A stretch of DNA of 64,000 bases from the human T2T-CHM13v2.0 reference genome, Homo sapiens, in the NCBI RefSeq assembly GCF_009914755.1, contig NC_060942.1; one strand, written 5' to 3'. This document shows positions 14,560-26,159 of the stretch, piece after piece. The notes beneath the pieces were generated by a model. It searched no databases. It was not told the origin of the DNA and saw nothing but the letters and a program-made list of their open reading frames with translations. Both the position numbers and the translations under genes were made by a program. Position 1 is the first letter of the stretch, and every line of letters starts with the position of its first letter.

Positions 14560-16110
14560 GTAGTTGAACAATGTGTGCTTTATTGAACTTCTATTAGGTG
14601 AAATCACCAAGGATAGTTTAAAAAATAAAACCAAATAGCAGATTCCTCATCCTTGAAAAAGTTGTAATCCAGTTTGAGGATAAATTAGTTTTGTTTCATT
14701 GAAGACAAACTAGTTTTGAAGGAAATCGTGAATTGTTAAGCTAGGTTGTAAGTGCAACAGGCATTCAGAGAAAGGAGATAATGTGGCAAATCAGATTTTA
14801 TGAAGGAAGAGGGGCTTTTTGTGGGACCAGAAGACTGAGCAGGACTGGGTAACTGGAGAGGAGGAAGGAAACGTTTTGCACAGAGTGGGAATTGATAGAA
14901 GTGAACAATAAAAAAAGGAATGAATTAGATGTGCAAGGGAGGATGATGGAGCATGATGATGGGGCTTGATTGGCTTAAATAGGCTGAAGCAGGATAAGGT
15001 ATAAGAATGGTGTACAGAGTTGGACAAAGTTAAGACACTCTGGAAAGTCAAAGGAATATTCAACTTTTGGTGGAAGATGAAGACCATTATTCCAGGCTCT
15101 CATAGGTAGGAGACATGATAAAAAGTGTAGTTTTTAGAAAGATTACAAGGGAGTGGTACAGAGGAATCAGAGGGGTAAGAGGTTACAACAGAGAAAAGGC
15201 AGTGATTCTAAAATGGACAGAAAAAGAGCTTGGATTAAATAAAGACAATAATAGTTAAAAACTTTTCTATATAGGTCATCTAATATGTTTCCGGTATTTC
15301 TAGCCACTGATGATAATATCAGCAAAATCCTACCATAATTTATAAGTATACTTATCCTTAAATTAAAGAAGGGAAAAGGGGCCTTAGAAAAAGCAAAGTA
15401 AGTTGGTCTAGGCTACATAGTTAGTAAGTGGCAGGAAAAGATCCAAACTTCATTTAAACTGCATCCTTTTTCACTACATTACTCTGGGAGTCATAGGTAT
15501 TTATTAAATGAGTAAATGATGTGAAATAAGTGTTTTATAAAGATACATGGTGGCCATACACAAGGGGGATAAGGGGAGAAAGACCAGAAGCAGGTAAATG
15601 ATAAGGGTGCCCCTAAGGTCCTATCACTGGAAATGGAAAGGAAAGAATAAACATAGAAATATTGCCGAATAAGAACATGGGAGTTGGTGTCTGATGGACT
15701 AAATGATTGAAAAAGGAGAAGAAGAACTGGGAAAGGAAAAAAACAAAACCAAACAAAACAAAACAAAAAAAAAAACAAAGACTGGGTGGCTACTGGTGAC
15801 CTTGGCCAATTCATTTTCAGGAAGAGGATATTGCTGATTGATGGAAGCCAGCCTGCAGGTGAGTCAGAAGCGAGTCAGTGGTCAGGAAATGGAGGATGTG
15901 GGGAAGACCACAAATTTGAGAAATTTGGAAGAAAATGAAGGAAATAAATAAAACAGTCCTGTAAAGATGCTTCACGGTTAAGCAAAAATATTTTTTTTTT
16001 AAAGAAGTGAAGAAACCTGTGCGCATTTGAAGACAGAAGGAAAGTATGCAGAGGGAAGGAATATATTGAAGGAACTAGAGAAAGAGGGACCTCTGTACAT
16101 TGAGGGGGTG
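14560..16110 (-). mobile_element. Long degraded L2 with embedded MIR (~15250-15480)
   Basis: Purine-rich L2 antisense motifs (ttttagaaagattac, actggtgaccttggcc, ggaagccagcctgcag); MIR motif ggtctaggctacatagttagtaagtggcagg. Confidence 0.55.
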
Positions 16111-16144
16111 AAAGCAGCAGGGAGGGGACAGGTTAGAATGGTAG

Positions 16145-16348
16145 GACTGCCAACAGAACTCTGCACGATGAGGAGAATGTTCTGTATCTGTGCCATTCCA
16201 TATGGAAGCCATAAACCTCATGTGGCAACCAAAGACATGAAATGTTCCTAGTGAGACTGAGGAACTCGATTTTTTATTTTGCTTAATTTAAATTAATTTA
16301 AATAGCCACATTTTTAAATAGCCAGTGGCTACCATACTGGATGATGTA
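16145..16348 (+). mobile_element. MER3-like hAT-Charlie MITE
   Basis: ccaacagaactctgcacgatgaggagaatgttctgtatctg...actgaggaactcgattttttatttt...aaatagccacat...gtggctaccatactgga. Confidence 0.8.
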
Positions 16349-16999
16349 AGAGCCTCAGGGAACCAAAGGCTTTGGGACTAGACTCTTCCACTGACTCAGA
16401 AAAAGAAAGCAGAGAAGGAGAGAAGCCAGTGCTGTTCATACTCGGGAGAGGAAAAATGTGTTTGCCCCTCCCAGGTGACCTTGACTTTTTGGTTATACCT
16501 TGGTGATAGCCACATTATTAGATCATTAGATGAGGAGAGATCTTTGAAAATTCACATCCCCATGTGGACGTTGTGGTCTGAATCGTACTGTCTGAACCAA
16601 CCATATGAGTTGAAGAATGGCCAAGTCTCACATGTCACAGCGCATCACCCTCAGTCTGTCTGCAGCCCTTGAGCAAGAGCCCCTTGTTCATGGAACAGAG
16701 ATGGACAGGACTCTGGTAGGTTCCTTGGGATGAAGGTCATTTTGGAATGGGGCTTTCCAGTTTCTGAGAAGATATTGCTCACAATAAAGCCATCCTCTGA
16801 TTTTCTATCCTGCATTCTGCTCCCACATCTCACCGTTACTTTGGATCTAGGCATTTTAAAGCCAAAAAGAGGTGATTCCCCTCAGAGGGATTTTTCTTAG
16901 ACTTAGTTGACGTTTTCTTGAAGAATTTCCCACACTGAGAAATGAGTGTATGTTCTTCTCCGTATTCTGCAGGTACACAAAGAGAGAGCCCGAAATCAA

Positions 17000-17650
17000 C
17001 ATCCGCGGTTGCCCTGAGATAGCATCACCCATCGTTCCGCCGGTGCGCCCTCCCTGAGATGGTGGCGTGTGTTGTTTGGGCTGTTTTTCATAGCCGCCGC
17101 AGCTGGGAATTCAAGATGCTATACTTAGGCAGAAGTCCATGAAGGAATTAATTGATATGAGCCAGAAGTTGATTGCCATTTAAGTACTCAGCCTCCACCA
17201 TTGCCAAGTTTCCCTCTTTGCAGAAAGAACTGAGCTTGCCTGCAAACTGGCTCATTCAGGATGTGAGCACAAGATGGAATTCAACCTTTAATATGCTGCA
17301 ACACCTGCTTGGAAATAAAGGGGCTCTGTGCTTTTCCCCCCAAGGAGTTGACAGCTGACTTCATTACAGAGGAATCTGGCAGAGATGGTTGAGGCTACTC
17401 CGCAGTCTCAGGGGGCACTCACCCAGGAATGCAGTGCCAACCAGACCTGAGCTTTGGGACTCTGCCAGGAACCCATGCTGGCCTATTTTAGCCTAAATCA
17501 TCCCTCTTTCTTGAACTCCAGTTTTCAGTGTCTTTGGTAGGCGCTTCCTCCACACAAGGGAGATGGTAAGTGTCTCTGGCCTGCTGAAGTTAAATGGAGA
17601 AGCATTTGCAGGTGCTCTATAATGGGATCTGGATTTCCAGGCTTCCTTTC
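17000..17650 (+). pseudogene. Decayed hAT (Ac/ZBED4-like) transposase coding fragment
   Basis: Across stops and frameshifts it reads *DGGVCCLGCFS*PPQLGIQDAILRQKSMKELIDMSQKLIA / FKYSASTIAKFPSLQKELSLPANWLIQDVSTRWNSTFNMLQHLLGNKGAL. This is collinear with the hAT motifs GCFAHTLQL...HFKHS...LIQDVxTRWNSTxxMLxRL. Confidence 0.85.
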
Positions 17651-18829
17651 TCAAGAGTTCTGCAGTGTTGCACCCCAACAGGCACAAACAGACACAAAGT
17701 CAGGCTGCCATGCTCTATAGAGCAGAACTTGAGGGTTCACTGGAGTCCTTGTCCATGTTCTGGAACTGACCCAGAGCTGCTCTGGGAAGCCTAGCCCAGC
17801 CTGTGGGGGTCCCTAGAGGGTCTCTGGCGCTGTGACCTTCCATTGTGGCTGGAACACTGGTTATGCTTGTCAGTTTTCCAAGTAGAATGTCAACCTTGTC
17901 ACCCATTTACATGATTTCTAAATCGTATTAATCTGGCCCCCATTCACAACACAGAATTTAGCATTATCTGACTTGCATCAGAGAATATTAACTTTCTATC
18001 ATTTATTATCCTTTATCACTCCCCAAAATCTGTCTGAAATCTAAAGATCCAGAAATAGGGGCAGCCTCATATAGAACACATCCATTCACTGGATTACTCA
18101 GTTCAGCATTAAGCAATGTGAATATGAAGGTCACAGAGCAGCTTCAAAACTGCACATAATGCTAATTGAAAACAAAGCATGATTTGAACTTTTATATACA
18201 AAAGTCATATCGTGCTTTCAAAACAAACATTTAAAATGGGCTGGAATGAGAATCAGAAAAACAAAACAAAACAAAACAAAACAGTTGATGCCAGAGGTCA
18301 AAACTGGCAATCCAAGATTCAAGCCTGGCCTGAAAGTGTGTCTCATATGGCCGACACAGTGGGGGCCAGCAGAGTTCGAATTAAAAAAAAATGGAATAGG
18401 TTGCCAACATTTGGAAATTGGAACATAGCATGTAGCCACCCGGATTGCTGGCTCCTCGGAAGGCACGGGGCAATCTGGCACTGGGAGTCTGTTTCCCTGC
18501 AGGCAACAGTGGGGCAGAGGAGGGGGCATTTGCTCTCCAGTTTGCTAGAGGCCCCTGCGCCAGTTTTCTCACTTGCTGAGTCTATAATCCCTGGACCAGG
18601 TGTAAGGGTGATGGGATTCTGGGTCATTTCTTCCTTTCTCCCTCTTCACAGACTTGCTATTGGTTATTATGTTACTTCAGGGTTAAAATAATCATGAAAT
18701 GCCCCGTTGCAAAAATCAATGTTGAGGGAAGAGACTAAGGCCCACACCACTTCTCTACTCCTTGAACGTTCTTGTCTAATTTCTAGTCTTGAGTCAGGTA
18801 CACTCACCTGAGAATGTCAGCTACAGAAC

Positions 18830-19525
18830 CCAGTGGTTCTCAAACTTGGCCCCCTTAGAATCAGCTGAGGAGTTTCTGATGTCGAAGTTGTGCTCTAGAC
18901 CAGTGGTCTTCAACTTTTTGGCACAAGGGACTGGTTTCGTGGAAGACAATTTTTCCATGGACCAGGGTCACCGGTGGATGGTTTTGGGATGATTCAAGTG
19001 CTTTACATTTATTGTGTACTTTATTATTATTACATTGTAATATATAATGAAATAATTATACAACTCACCATAATAAAAAAATCAGTAGGAGGCCTGAGCT
19101 TGTTTTCCTGAAACTAGATGGTCCCATCTGGGGGTGATGGGAGACAATGGCAAATCATCAGGCATTTGATTCTTATAAGGAGCCCTCAACCTAGATCCCT
19201 TGCATGCACAGTATAGGGTTTGTGCTCCTATGAGAATCTAAGGCTGCCACTGATCTGACAGGAGGCGGAGCTCAGGCGGTCATGTGAGTGACGGGGAGTG
19301 GCTGTAAATACAGATGAAGCTTGGCTCTGCTCCCTTGCCTGCCACTCACTTCCTGCTGTGTAGCCTGGTTCCTAACAGGCCACACAGACCCATAATGGTC
19401 TGTGGTCCTGGGATTGGCGACCCCTGCTTGGGACCAATTAAGTCAGGATCTCTGGGGTGGGACTCAGGCAATGGATGTTTTTAAAGTTCCCCAGGTCGTT
19501 CCAATGTAAAGAAGTTTGGGCCATT
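18830..19525 (+). mobile_element. MER5A-type hAT MITE interrupted by MER1A
   Basis: cagtggttctcaaactt...agaatcagctgagg on the left and ccaattaagtcaggatctctggggtgggactcaggc...tttttaaagttccccagg on the right. Confidence 0.75.
18901..19426 (+). mobile_element. MER1A hAT-Charlie MITE (full length)
   Basis: cagtggtcttcaactttttggcac...ggtttcgtggaagacaatttttcc...ggcgacccctg; degenerate 8-bp TSD ctctagac / cttgggac. Confidence 0.88.
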
Positions 19526-19550
19526 GCAAATCATGTACAACTTTGCATTA

Positions 19551-19680
19551 CAGCAATTTCTCAACCTCTGTACTATTGACATTTCGGGCCAGATAATTCA
19601 TTGTTGTGCGGACCTGTCCTGTGTACTGAGTTTGGCAGCATATTTGGTTGTACCCATAGATGCAGTAGCATTTCTCCAGA
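19551..19680 (+). mobile_element. MER20 fragment
   Basis: tttctcaacctctgtactattgacatttcgggccagataattcattgttgtg...ctgtcctgtg. Confidence 0.75.
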
Positions 19681-20744
19681 TAAGAAAACACTGTATTAAG
19701 TAATAAAATTATGGTCAGGAATAGTGGCTATTATATTGGTCCCCTACCCATCTAGAAGGCCTTGGAGAAATTTCTTTTGGGATTAAGTGCTAGGGAAGCA
19801 TTTTCTCTCTCGAGGAACTGATATATTCCTTCCTTTCTGGATGTTTTCCCCCCCTCTACTACCAGGAAGCTCCAAGTCAATGCTAAAACGCACTCAAAAT
19901 CGAAACTGAAGCATAAAACAAGGCAACTACTGTAGTGTATTTTCTCCCCTCTGACTTCACATGATGCTGATTTTCCTATTAATGTTTTGTTCATCTTTAA
20001 GTTGCTTTTTTATATCCTTAGGGAAGGAGTTAGGATGTAAATATCAACAAGGTAACAAGCCAATGAGGGGAATGACTGCTCCAAGCACTGTTCAGCATTT
20101 ATGACCCAAAGAACGGTTGGTTTTAAGGAGGAAGTACCTGCTAAGTAGGAACTACCTCCTAATTACTGGAGGATCAACCAGTTTTATGGAGCAAATAATG
20201 GTCAACTCCTGCAGCCTCTTGGCTTTGTATGGAAAGAGGCTGAACTGTGTCTGTGCTGAAGGAGCCCGATGCCCAGTCGTGTGGAGGCTTCTAGGGAGAA
20301 TGGCGAACACAGCCTCTGATGCGTCCTAAGAATTCCAACTCCTGGTGTTTATACTAGAGTCTGGGAAGTCTCTGAGAGGCAATGTTGTTAAAGGCATCTT
20401 GGGATACATCCCTGGGTTGACACATTACCTGCTTTCTGTAAATACAGAGCAGCTTACCTTTAGTAAAATATAACTCACTCATTAATAATCAGACATTTTA
20501 AAGCTTTTAAAAAAATCATTACTAAGCATGACTATTTCATTCTAAATGCAAAATCCTGAATGGACCAGAGATCTTAATTTTTAAAAAATATAGCTGAGTA
20601 TTTTAATTATAGATGTACTTGCATATTCTCAGCATACTTCATTATTTATGTAGCTGGTGAAAAAGCTTTTTAATTAAATAGCGTGCTGGCAATCCATTGT
20701 GAAATGTATAGATGCAGGTTTTCCTAGCATTATGAAGCTGAATA

Positions 20745-21239
<495 letters not shown>

Positions 21240-21382
21240 TCACTATAAAATACTTGTTTCTGAATGATCTTAAAATTTGACCAAACTGTTTTTATATTGC
21301 TAACATAATAGGGTAATTTGCCACCACTCCACTTGATTGCTTATGTTTAATGTATTCAACTAATTTGGAAACATGGTAGGGT

Positions 21383-21562
21383 AGTGGTTCTCAACGTGTG
21401 GTCCCCATACCAGCAATACCAGCATCACCTGGGAACTCCTTAGGCAGTTTTGAGCCCCACCCCAGGCCGACTGAATCAGCAGCTCTGGGAGTTGGGCCCA
21501 GCACCCCAGGATGTACCAAGCTCTCTAGGTGATCCTGGAACAGGTTAAGGCTCGAGAGCCAT
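21383..21562 (+). mobile_element. MER5A
   Basis: tagtggttctcaacgtgtggtcccc...cagcatcacctgggaact...ccaggccgactgaatcagcagctctggg. Confidence 0.8.
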
Positions 21563-22479
21563 GGGATGGGGATTAACTGTGGTGCTGGTAATCTTGGTTT
21601 CATCAATGGTTCTCCTGGTGACACGTGGTCACAACAAAGGCAACTGGTCCCTGCTTTTAGTTCCCCACCAAAAAAGTGCTGTGAGGATTCTTGTTTGTTT
21701 AAGGTTCAAAGATCTCAGAGCTTAGAAGAGGTCAAAAGACTCACAGTGGCTTAAATATTTTCAGCATAGTTTGCATGAAGGTTGCCCATGAATACCAGGT
21801 CTTTACTTACCAATTTTGACTAAACGTGAATATCAGGGTTCACGTTACACATAGCAATTCTTTTCTTCTTTCAAAAAACAAAAAGAAGCTCTGAAATTAG
21901 AGCTCTTACTTATTGACCGTTGGATGGCAGGCTGTAGTGGAGGCAACCTTCCAGAGATGCCCCATGCCTGGGTGAAGGCTGATGACCAGGTTCTGTTACC
22001 TTCCCGGGCTGGAGGAACCAAGGCTGGGAGGTAAAGGAACTCCCATCGGGAGGCAGTGCCAGAACTACAACTAACAACCATCTGACTCCTTGCTCTGTGC
22101 TTTGTCTTCTGAATGAACAATGCTGCTTCTTAAGTACACATAAGCCAAACTGCCTCTCAAATTGCAGCCATCTACTTTGAGTTCAGATTTGCACAGCATG
22201 ACATGAATTGGGCTGCAAATTATGCAGAAAACAGCCATCACATCCATCTGTGATGTCAGAATCCTCAAGTACAATGTGACCTGTTAGTATGTAACAGAGT
22301 AGAAGGATACTGTGTCTGATTCCTTCCCTATGAAGAGTGATGAATATCCTTCCAGATGCATTTGGCCCAGTGTGAAAAGGTTAAATATGATTGAGGTAAT
22401 GCCTGTGATATGCTCAAGAGCAGATTTCATATCCAAGGGTGCAGGCAATTAGATTTTTTTTAATGGTGTAGTAACTAGA

Positions 22480-22529
22480 GAAAGAAAACACACAAATACA
22501 CTCATACCTAATGGTAAACTGAATTTATT
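22480..22529 (-). terminator. ZNF521: Polyadenylation signal AATAAA (22524-22529) with GU-rich downstream element
   Basis: Minus strand reads AATAAAttcagtttaccattag followed by gtatgagtgtatttgtgtgttttcttt. Confidence 0.85.
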
Positions 22530-23294
22530 TCCTCTTGGAAAACAATTCCAGTAATCTCCAGGTTCAGACTGCAGAGTAAACATTAATAACAGTAACATAC
22601 AGGTTAGTTCAACTGATTCAAGAATTTGGCTGCGTGAAATCATTAAGGAAAACCTTGAACACTCAAAGCTTCAAATGTATCCAGGGAAAAAAAAATTCTT
22701 TGACAGTCTACATAACAACTATTGCATATATAGTGATGCTACCTGTCACATTGCAAGGCTTACAAATATATATATACGGGCCTTATCCAGCTGTGGGGTT
22801 CTGTTCTGTGAGAACATCTCTTCATGGTTTGCAAGAATCTTCAGCAATAAAAAATAGTCTTGGATTTAAGCGCTGATATACCTAAAGAGAAATTCTAGGC
22901 TTAAGTGTAAAGAAAAGGAAGTCCAACCATAGTCTCATGTATAACAGTTGTTTTTAATCTTTCTTCCTTAAAAATACTTTATCTTAAGCCATTTTGGTCA
23001 TAGTCTTTTTTTTTTTTTAATCTTGCCTGAATAGGGCCCAAGTCCACTTGTCTTTATAAGACCATTTTAGTATCAGACGACATAATACATGTGCAACACT
23101 TTATATACAAGGGGTCTATCCGGTGCGCAAAAGTTCAAACACATGAACATCCAACAGTTTGATAATACAAGTTTTATGGTACAATACAATGTTTCTGAAT
23201 AATATACATTAACAATGAAAGTTTCGTGCAAAGAGTAAAACATGTTCCCTTTTTGTGCCACAAAATCAATTCTCCTTGAGAGACTGTACTTGCA
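22507..23294 (-). other. ZNF521: ZNF521 3' UTR (~790 nt; cleavage site approximate)
   Basis: Repeat-free AT-rich sequence between the TAG stop and the AATAAA plus GU-rich downstream element. Confidence 0.85.
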
Positions 23295-23324
23295 CTAACT
23301 GCTGTGTTGGGTCATTGTATGATT
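23295..23324 (-). CDS. ZNF521: ZNF521 terminal exon, coding part (NHTMTQHSS*)
   Basis: Acceptor (T33)gttatttacag|AATCATACAATGACCCAACACAGCAGTTAG. Phase 0 matches the upstream donor, and it supplies both His ligands of the last finger. Confidence 0.95.
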   Translation of the reverse strand, partial: NHTMTQHSS

Positions 23325-23334
23325 CTGTAAATAA

Positions 23335-23335
<1 letters not shown>

Positions 23336-23368
<33 letters not shown>
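23336..23368. repeat. A33 mononucleotide tract (U33 polypyrimidine tract of the last ZNF521 acceptor)
   Basis: 33 consecutive A on the plus strand, 11 nt from the exon boundary. Confidence 0.95.
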
Positions 23369-23373
<5 letters not shown>

Positions 23374-24180
23374 GAGAGGGAAAACAAACTTCAGTGATTT
23401 CATTTTCATCAGACCAAGCATATATACATGTAATTAATTCATAATGACTTGAACAGAACAATGAGTTTCTGCCCTCTGATGAATAGTGCTCATGGGTGCC
23501 CTCTAATGTTAAAAAAAATCTAATGTTTCTTCCCCAGGGGGAAACAGACCCAGAGATCTTCTGAACCTGCTGTCACCCATGAGGGCCTGGAAGGAGAGGC
23601 CAGGGCAGAAGCCTCCTTAATGTGAGATGGCTGGCTGGCACCTTGCCTTTTCTCCACCTCTGCCATGCCTTTCTATAATACCCTCCCGCCATCCATCATC
23701 TCTTCTTATTAAGATACGACCCAGTGTTCAAGGAGCAGGTAGCACTGTTTTAACAGTTTTATGGATCTGTGCGTGATTTCCATTGGTTACATATGCCTCT
23801 GTTCCAATCCCTCTGAGACTGTAACATCTTGACAACAGGGGCTCTATCTGCCCCTGAATATGGGTATGAAATGCAAGAGTTAGCTGGCTGATGATGGACA
23901 GTGGGAGCAGCCCCCCTCCTGAGGGTGGGCTTTGGGCTGTGGTCATACCGTGGCTCAGGGGCAGATTACAGTAGCCCGCCAGGTCTCCCCTTGTCCCCGG
24001 ATGCTCTTTCTCAGCTGACACAGCCTGTGCTGTATATTGGTGGTCCCTGCTCATCTATGCTAGCATGTCCCCTTTCTGAGTGAACACTCTCTTTCCAAAT
24101 TGTGAGAGGGTAACTGGGATTGCTGGGCAACTCAGGACCACCAGCCAGGCCCTGAGGGTGGACGCCGGGTGGGAAAGTTG

Positions 24181-25298
24181 AGCTGAACCTCTGGTCATTC
24201 AGCCTGTATTCAGGGAGCAGGCAGTTTGCTAGTTGCTGTAAAGGATGAAGAGATAACCTGGTTCGCCAGGAACCAGGCCTGGATGATGGTCACAGATCTG
24301 CAGGATATTTGCCTGGAGCATAAGCCTGGAGATGGCCTGATCTCCACTCTCCTCCTCTGTGCTTTCCTGGAGCCATGTTCTCTCACTACTCACTTGTATC
24401 CCCTGACCCCAATCCCTTTGTATTACAACCTTGGGGCCCAGCTCAAAATATCACCACTTCCATCCTCACCCCATCTAACACTGATCTCTCCCTTCTCTGA
24501 TTTCCTGCTGCACTTTATACTGCTTACATAGGATGCATCTTAGGTCTTGTCTCATGATTATTTGTAGGCCTGGCTCTCACTCATGCCAATAATTCCGATG
24601 TTCATTCATTTATTCATTCATCTACAAGCATCTATTGAAAACGCACATCAGCACCTGGCACATGCCAGAGCGCTGCAGTGCTCAGGAAAGAGGGTTTGGC
24701 TATCTCAGTGACTGGCTGGCAAGGCAAGGGCTACTGGAGAGGAAGGGCATGGTCCTTGCCTTCATGCCTTCAAAGTGCTCACAGTCTAAAGAAGGTCATG
24801 TGGGTACATAAAAGTAAAGCAAGATGGCAAGCAGTCTATTAGAAAAGAACACAGAAATGTCACGGATACACCTAAACCTGCCTAGCCATTGGGGAATGGT
24901 TCCAAGTGGATCCAGCACACTGACAGCCGGAGACATGAGCAGAGAGTACAGGGAGGGCACTCTAGGCCAAGGGACCCACATGGGTCAGGGCAATGAAACA
25001 GGAATATGCAAGGTACGTTTGCAGACCTGCAACTTGTTTAGATTGGATGAATTCTTCTGGAGTGTTCTGAATCAACAGTACTCACGAGACATGAAGATGG
25101 AGCTGGTTTGGGGCAAGAATATGAGCTGTCTTATCTACCTTGCTAAAGAGCTGAGACTGTCTTGTAGGTTAAGGGAGCCATTGGAGTATTTTAAGCAGAG
25201 GGATTCATCTTAGAGATGTTTGTTATCTCTTCATCCTTTACAGCAACTAGCAAACTGCCTGCTCCCTGAATACAGGCTGAATGACCAGAGGTTCAGCT
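24181..25298. repeat. Perfect 77-bp inverted repeat pair (24181-24257 / 25222-25298)
   Basis: Base-by-base comparison shows 77/77 reverse-complement identity; spacer 964 bp. Confidence 0.97.
24600..25221 (-). mobile_element. L2 fragment
   Basis: ttcattcatttattcattcatctacaagcatctattga ... gggagccattggagtattttaagcagag. Confidence 0.65.
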
Positions 25299-25814
25299 GA
25301 GAACCAATTGGGGCTGCGTGCAGAAGTTGGCGGGGGGCTGGGAGCCTTGTGAAGAGGACTTAGGTCTTCCTTGTTCCATTTCAAATTTAGCTCATTTTTG
25401 AAAAAGATGGATGACAAATCATGATGCAGACCAGTATTTCACTCTCCCTTATTTAAAACATATCTTAATAGTCCCAGCCTCAGAGTGAATACAGGAAATA
25501 GCAAATTGTTTTTATGCCAGCTCTTTTATCTGTATATTGATTTTTAATACTTCTGAAAAGTACTTGTCACCGATATGTAGACAGAAAGGGTAATAAAAGT
25601 ACTAATGAGACCGAAAAACTTTGCTATTTTCTGAAAAATCAACATGATTCTGTTCGGAAAGGTTATAAACAATAAAAGTTTGATTACTCAAAATACACCA
25701 CATCTAAGCCTTCTTATACCTTTTGCTATCTCAGAGTCAAGTTTATAGAAAGGTTTTTTATTTTTAAAAAGTCCAAAAACAATGACCAAATAAGTACAAG
25801 AAGATACGATAATA

Positions 25815-26159
25815 CAGATCGAGCACCTCCAAATGGGAAAATCCAAAATCCAAATACTCCAAAATCTGAAATTTTTGAGCACTGACATGATGGAATATAG
25901 GTGACTAAGCTAGTGACACCTTTGCTTTCTGCTGATTCAATGTACTGAAACTTTGTTTCATGCACAAAATTATTGAAAATATTGTGTAAAATGACCTTTG
26001 GGCTATGTGTATAAGGTATATAAGAAATATAAATGAATTTTGTGTTTAGACTTGGGTTGCATCCCCAAGACATCTCATTATGTATATGCAAATATGCCAA
26101 ACTCTGAAATCGAAGACACTTCTGGTCCCAAGCATTTTAAAAAAGGAATACTCAACCTG
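25815..26159 (+). mobile_element. Tigger4b/Zombi (MER46-type) TcMar MITE
   Basis: TA-flanked cagatcgagcacc...aaaatccaaaatcc...acttctggtcccaagcatttt...ggaatactcaacctg. Confidence 0.85.

Noticed and set aside
17173-17358. 61-aa ORF as a functional transposase or microprotein
   Set aside because: TTG start created by a frameshift; flanked by in-frame stops; CxxH histidine lost. It is a fossil, not an intact gene.
18212-18691. 159-aa ORF and overlapping ORFs
   Set aside because: Non-ATG start, includes an (AAAAC)n repeat, no recognisable domain or splice structure.
24181-25298. Interpretation as a 1.1-kb DNA transposon with 77-bp TIRs
   Set aside because: No target-site duplication, the interior is ordinary L2-containing intron, and perfect TIRs are implausible for long-extinct human DNA transposons.
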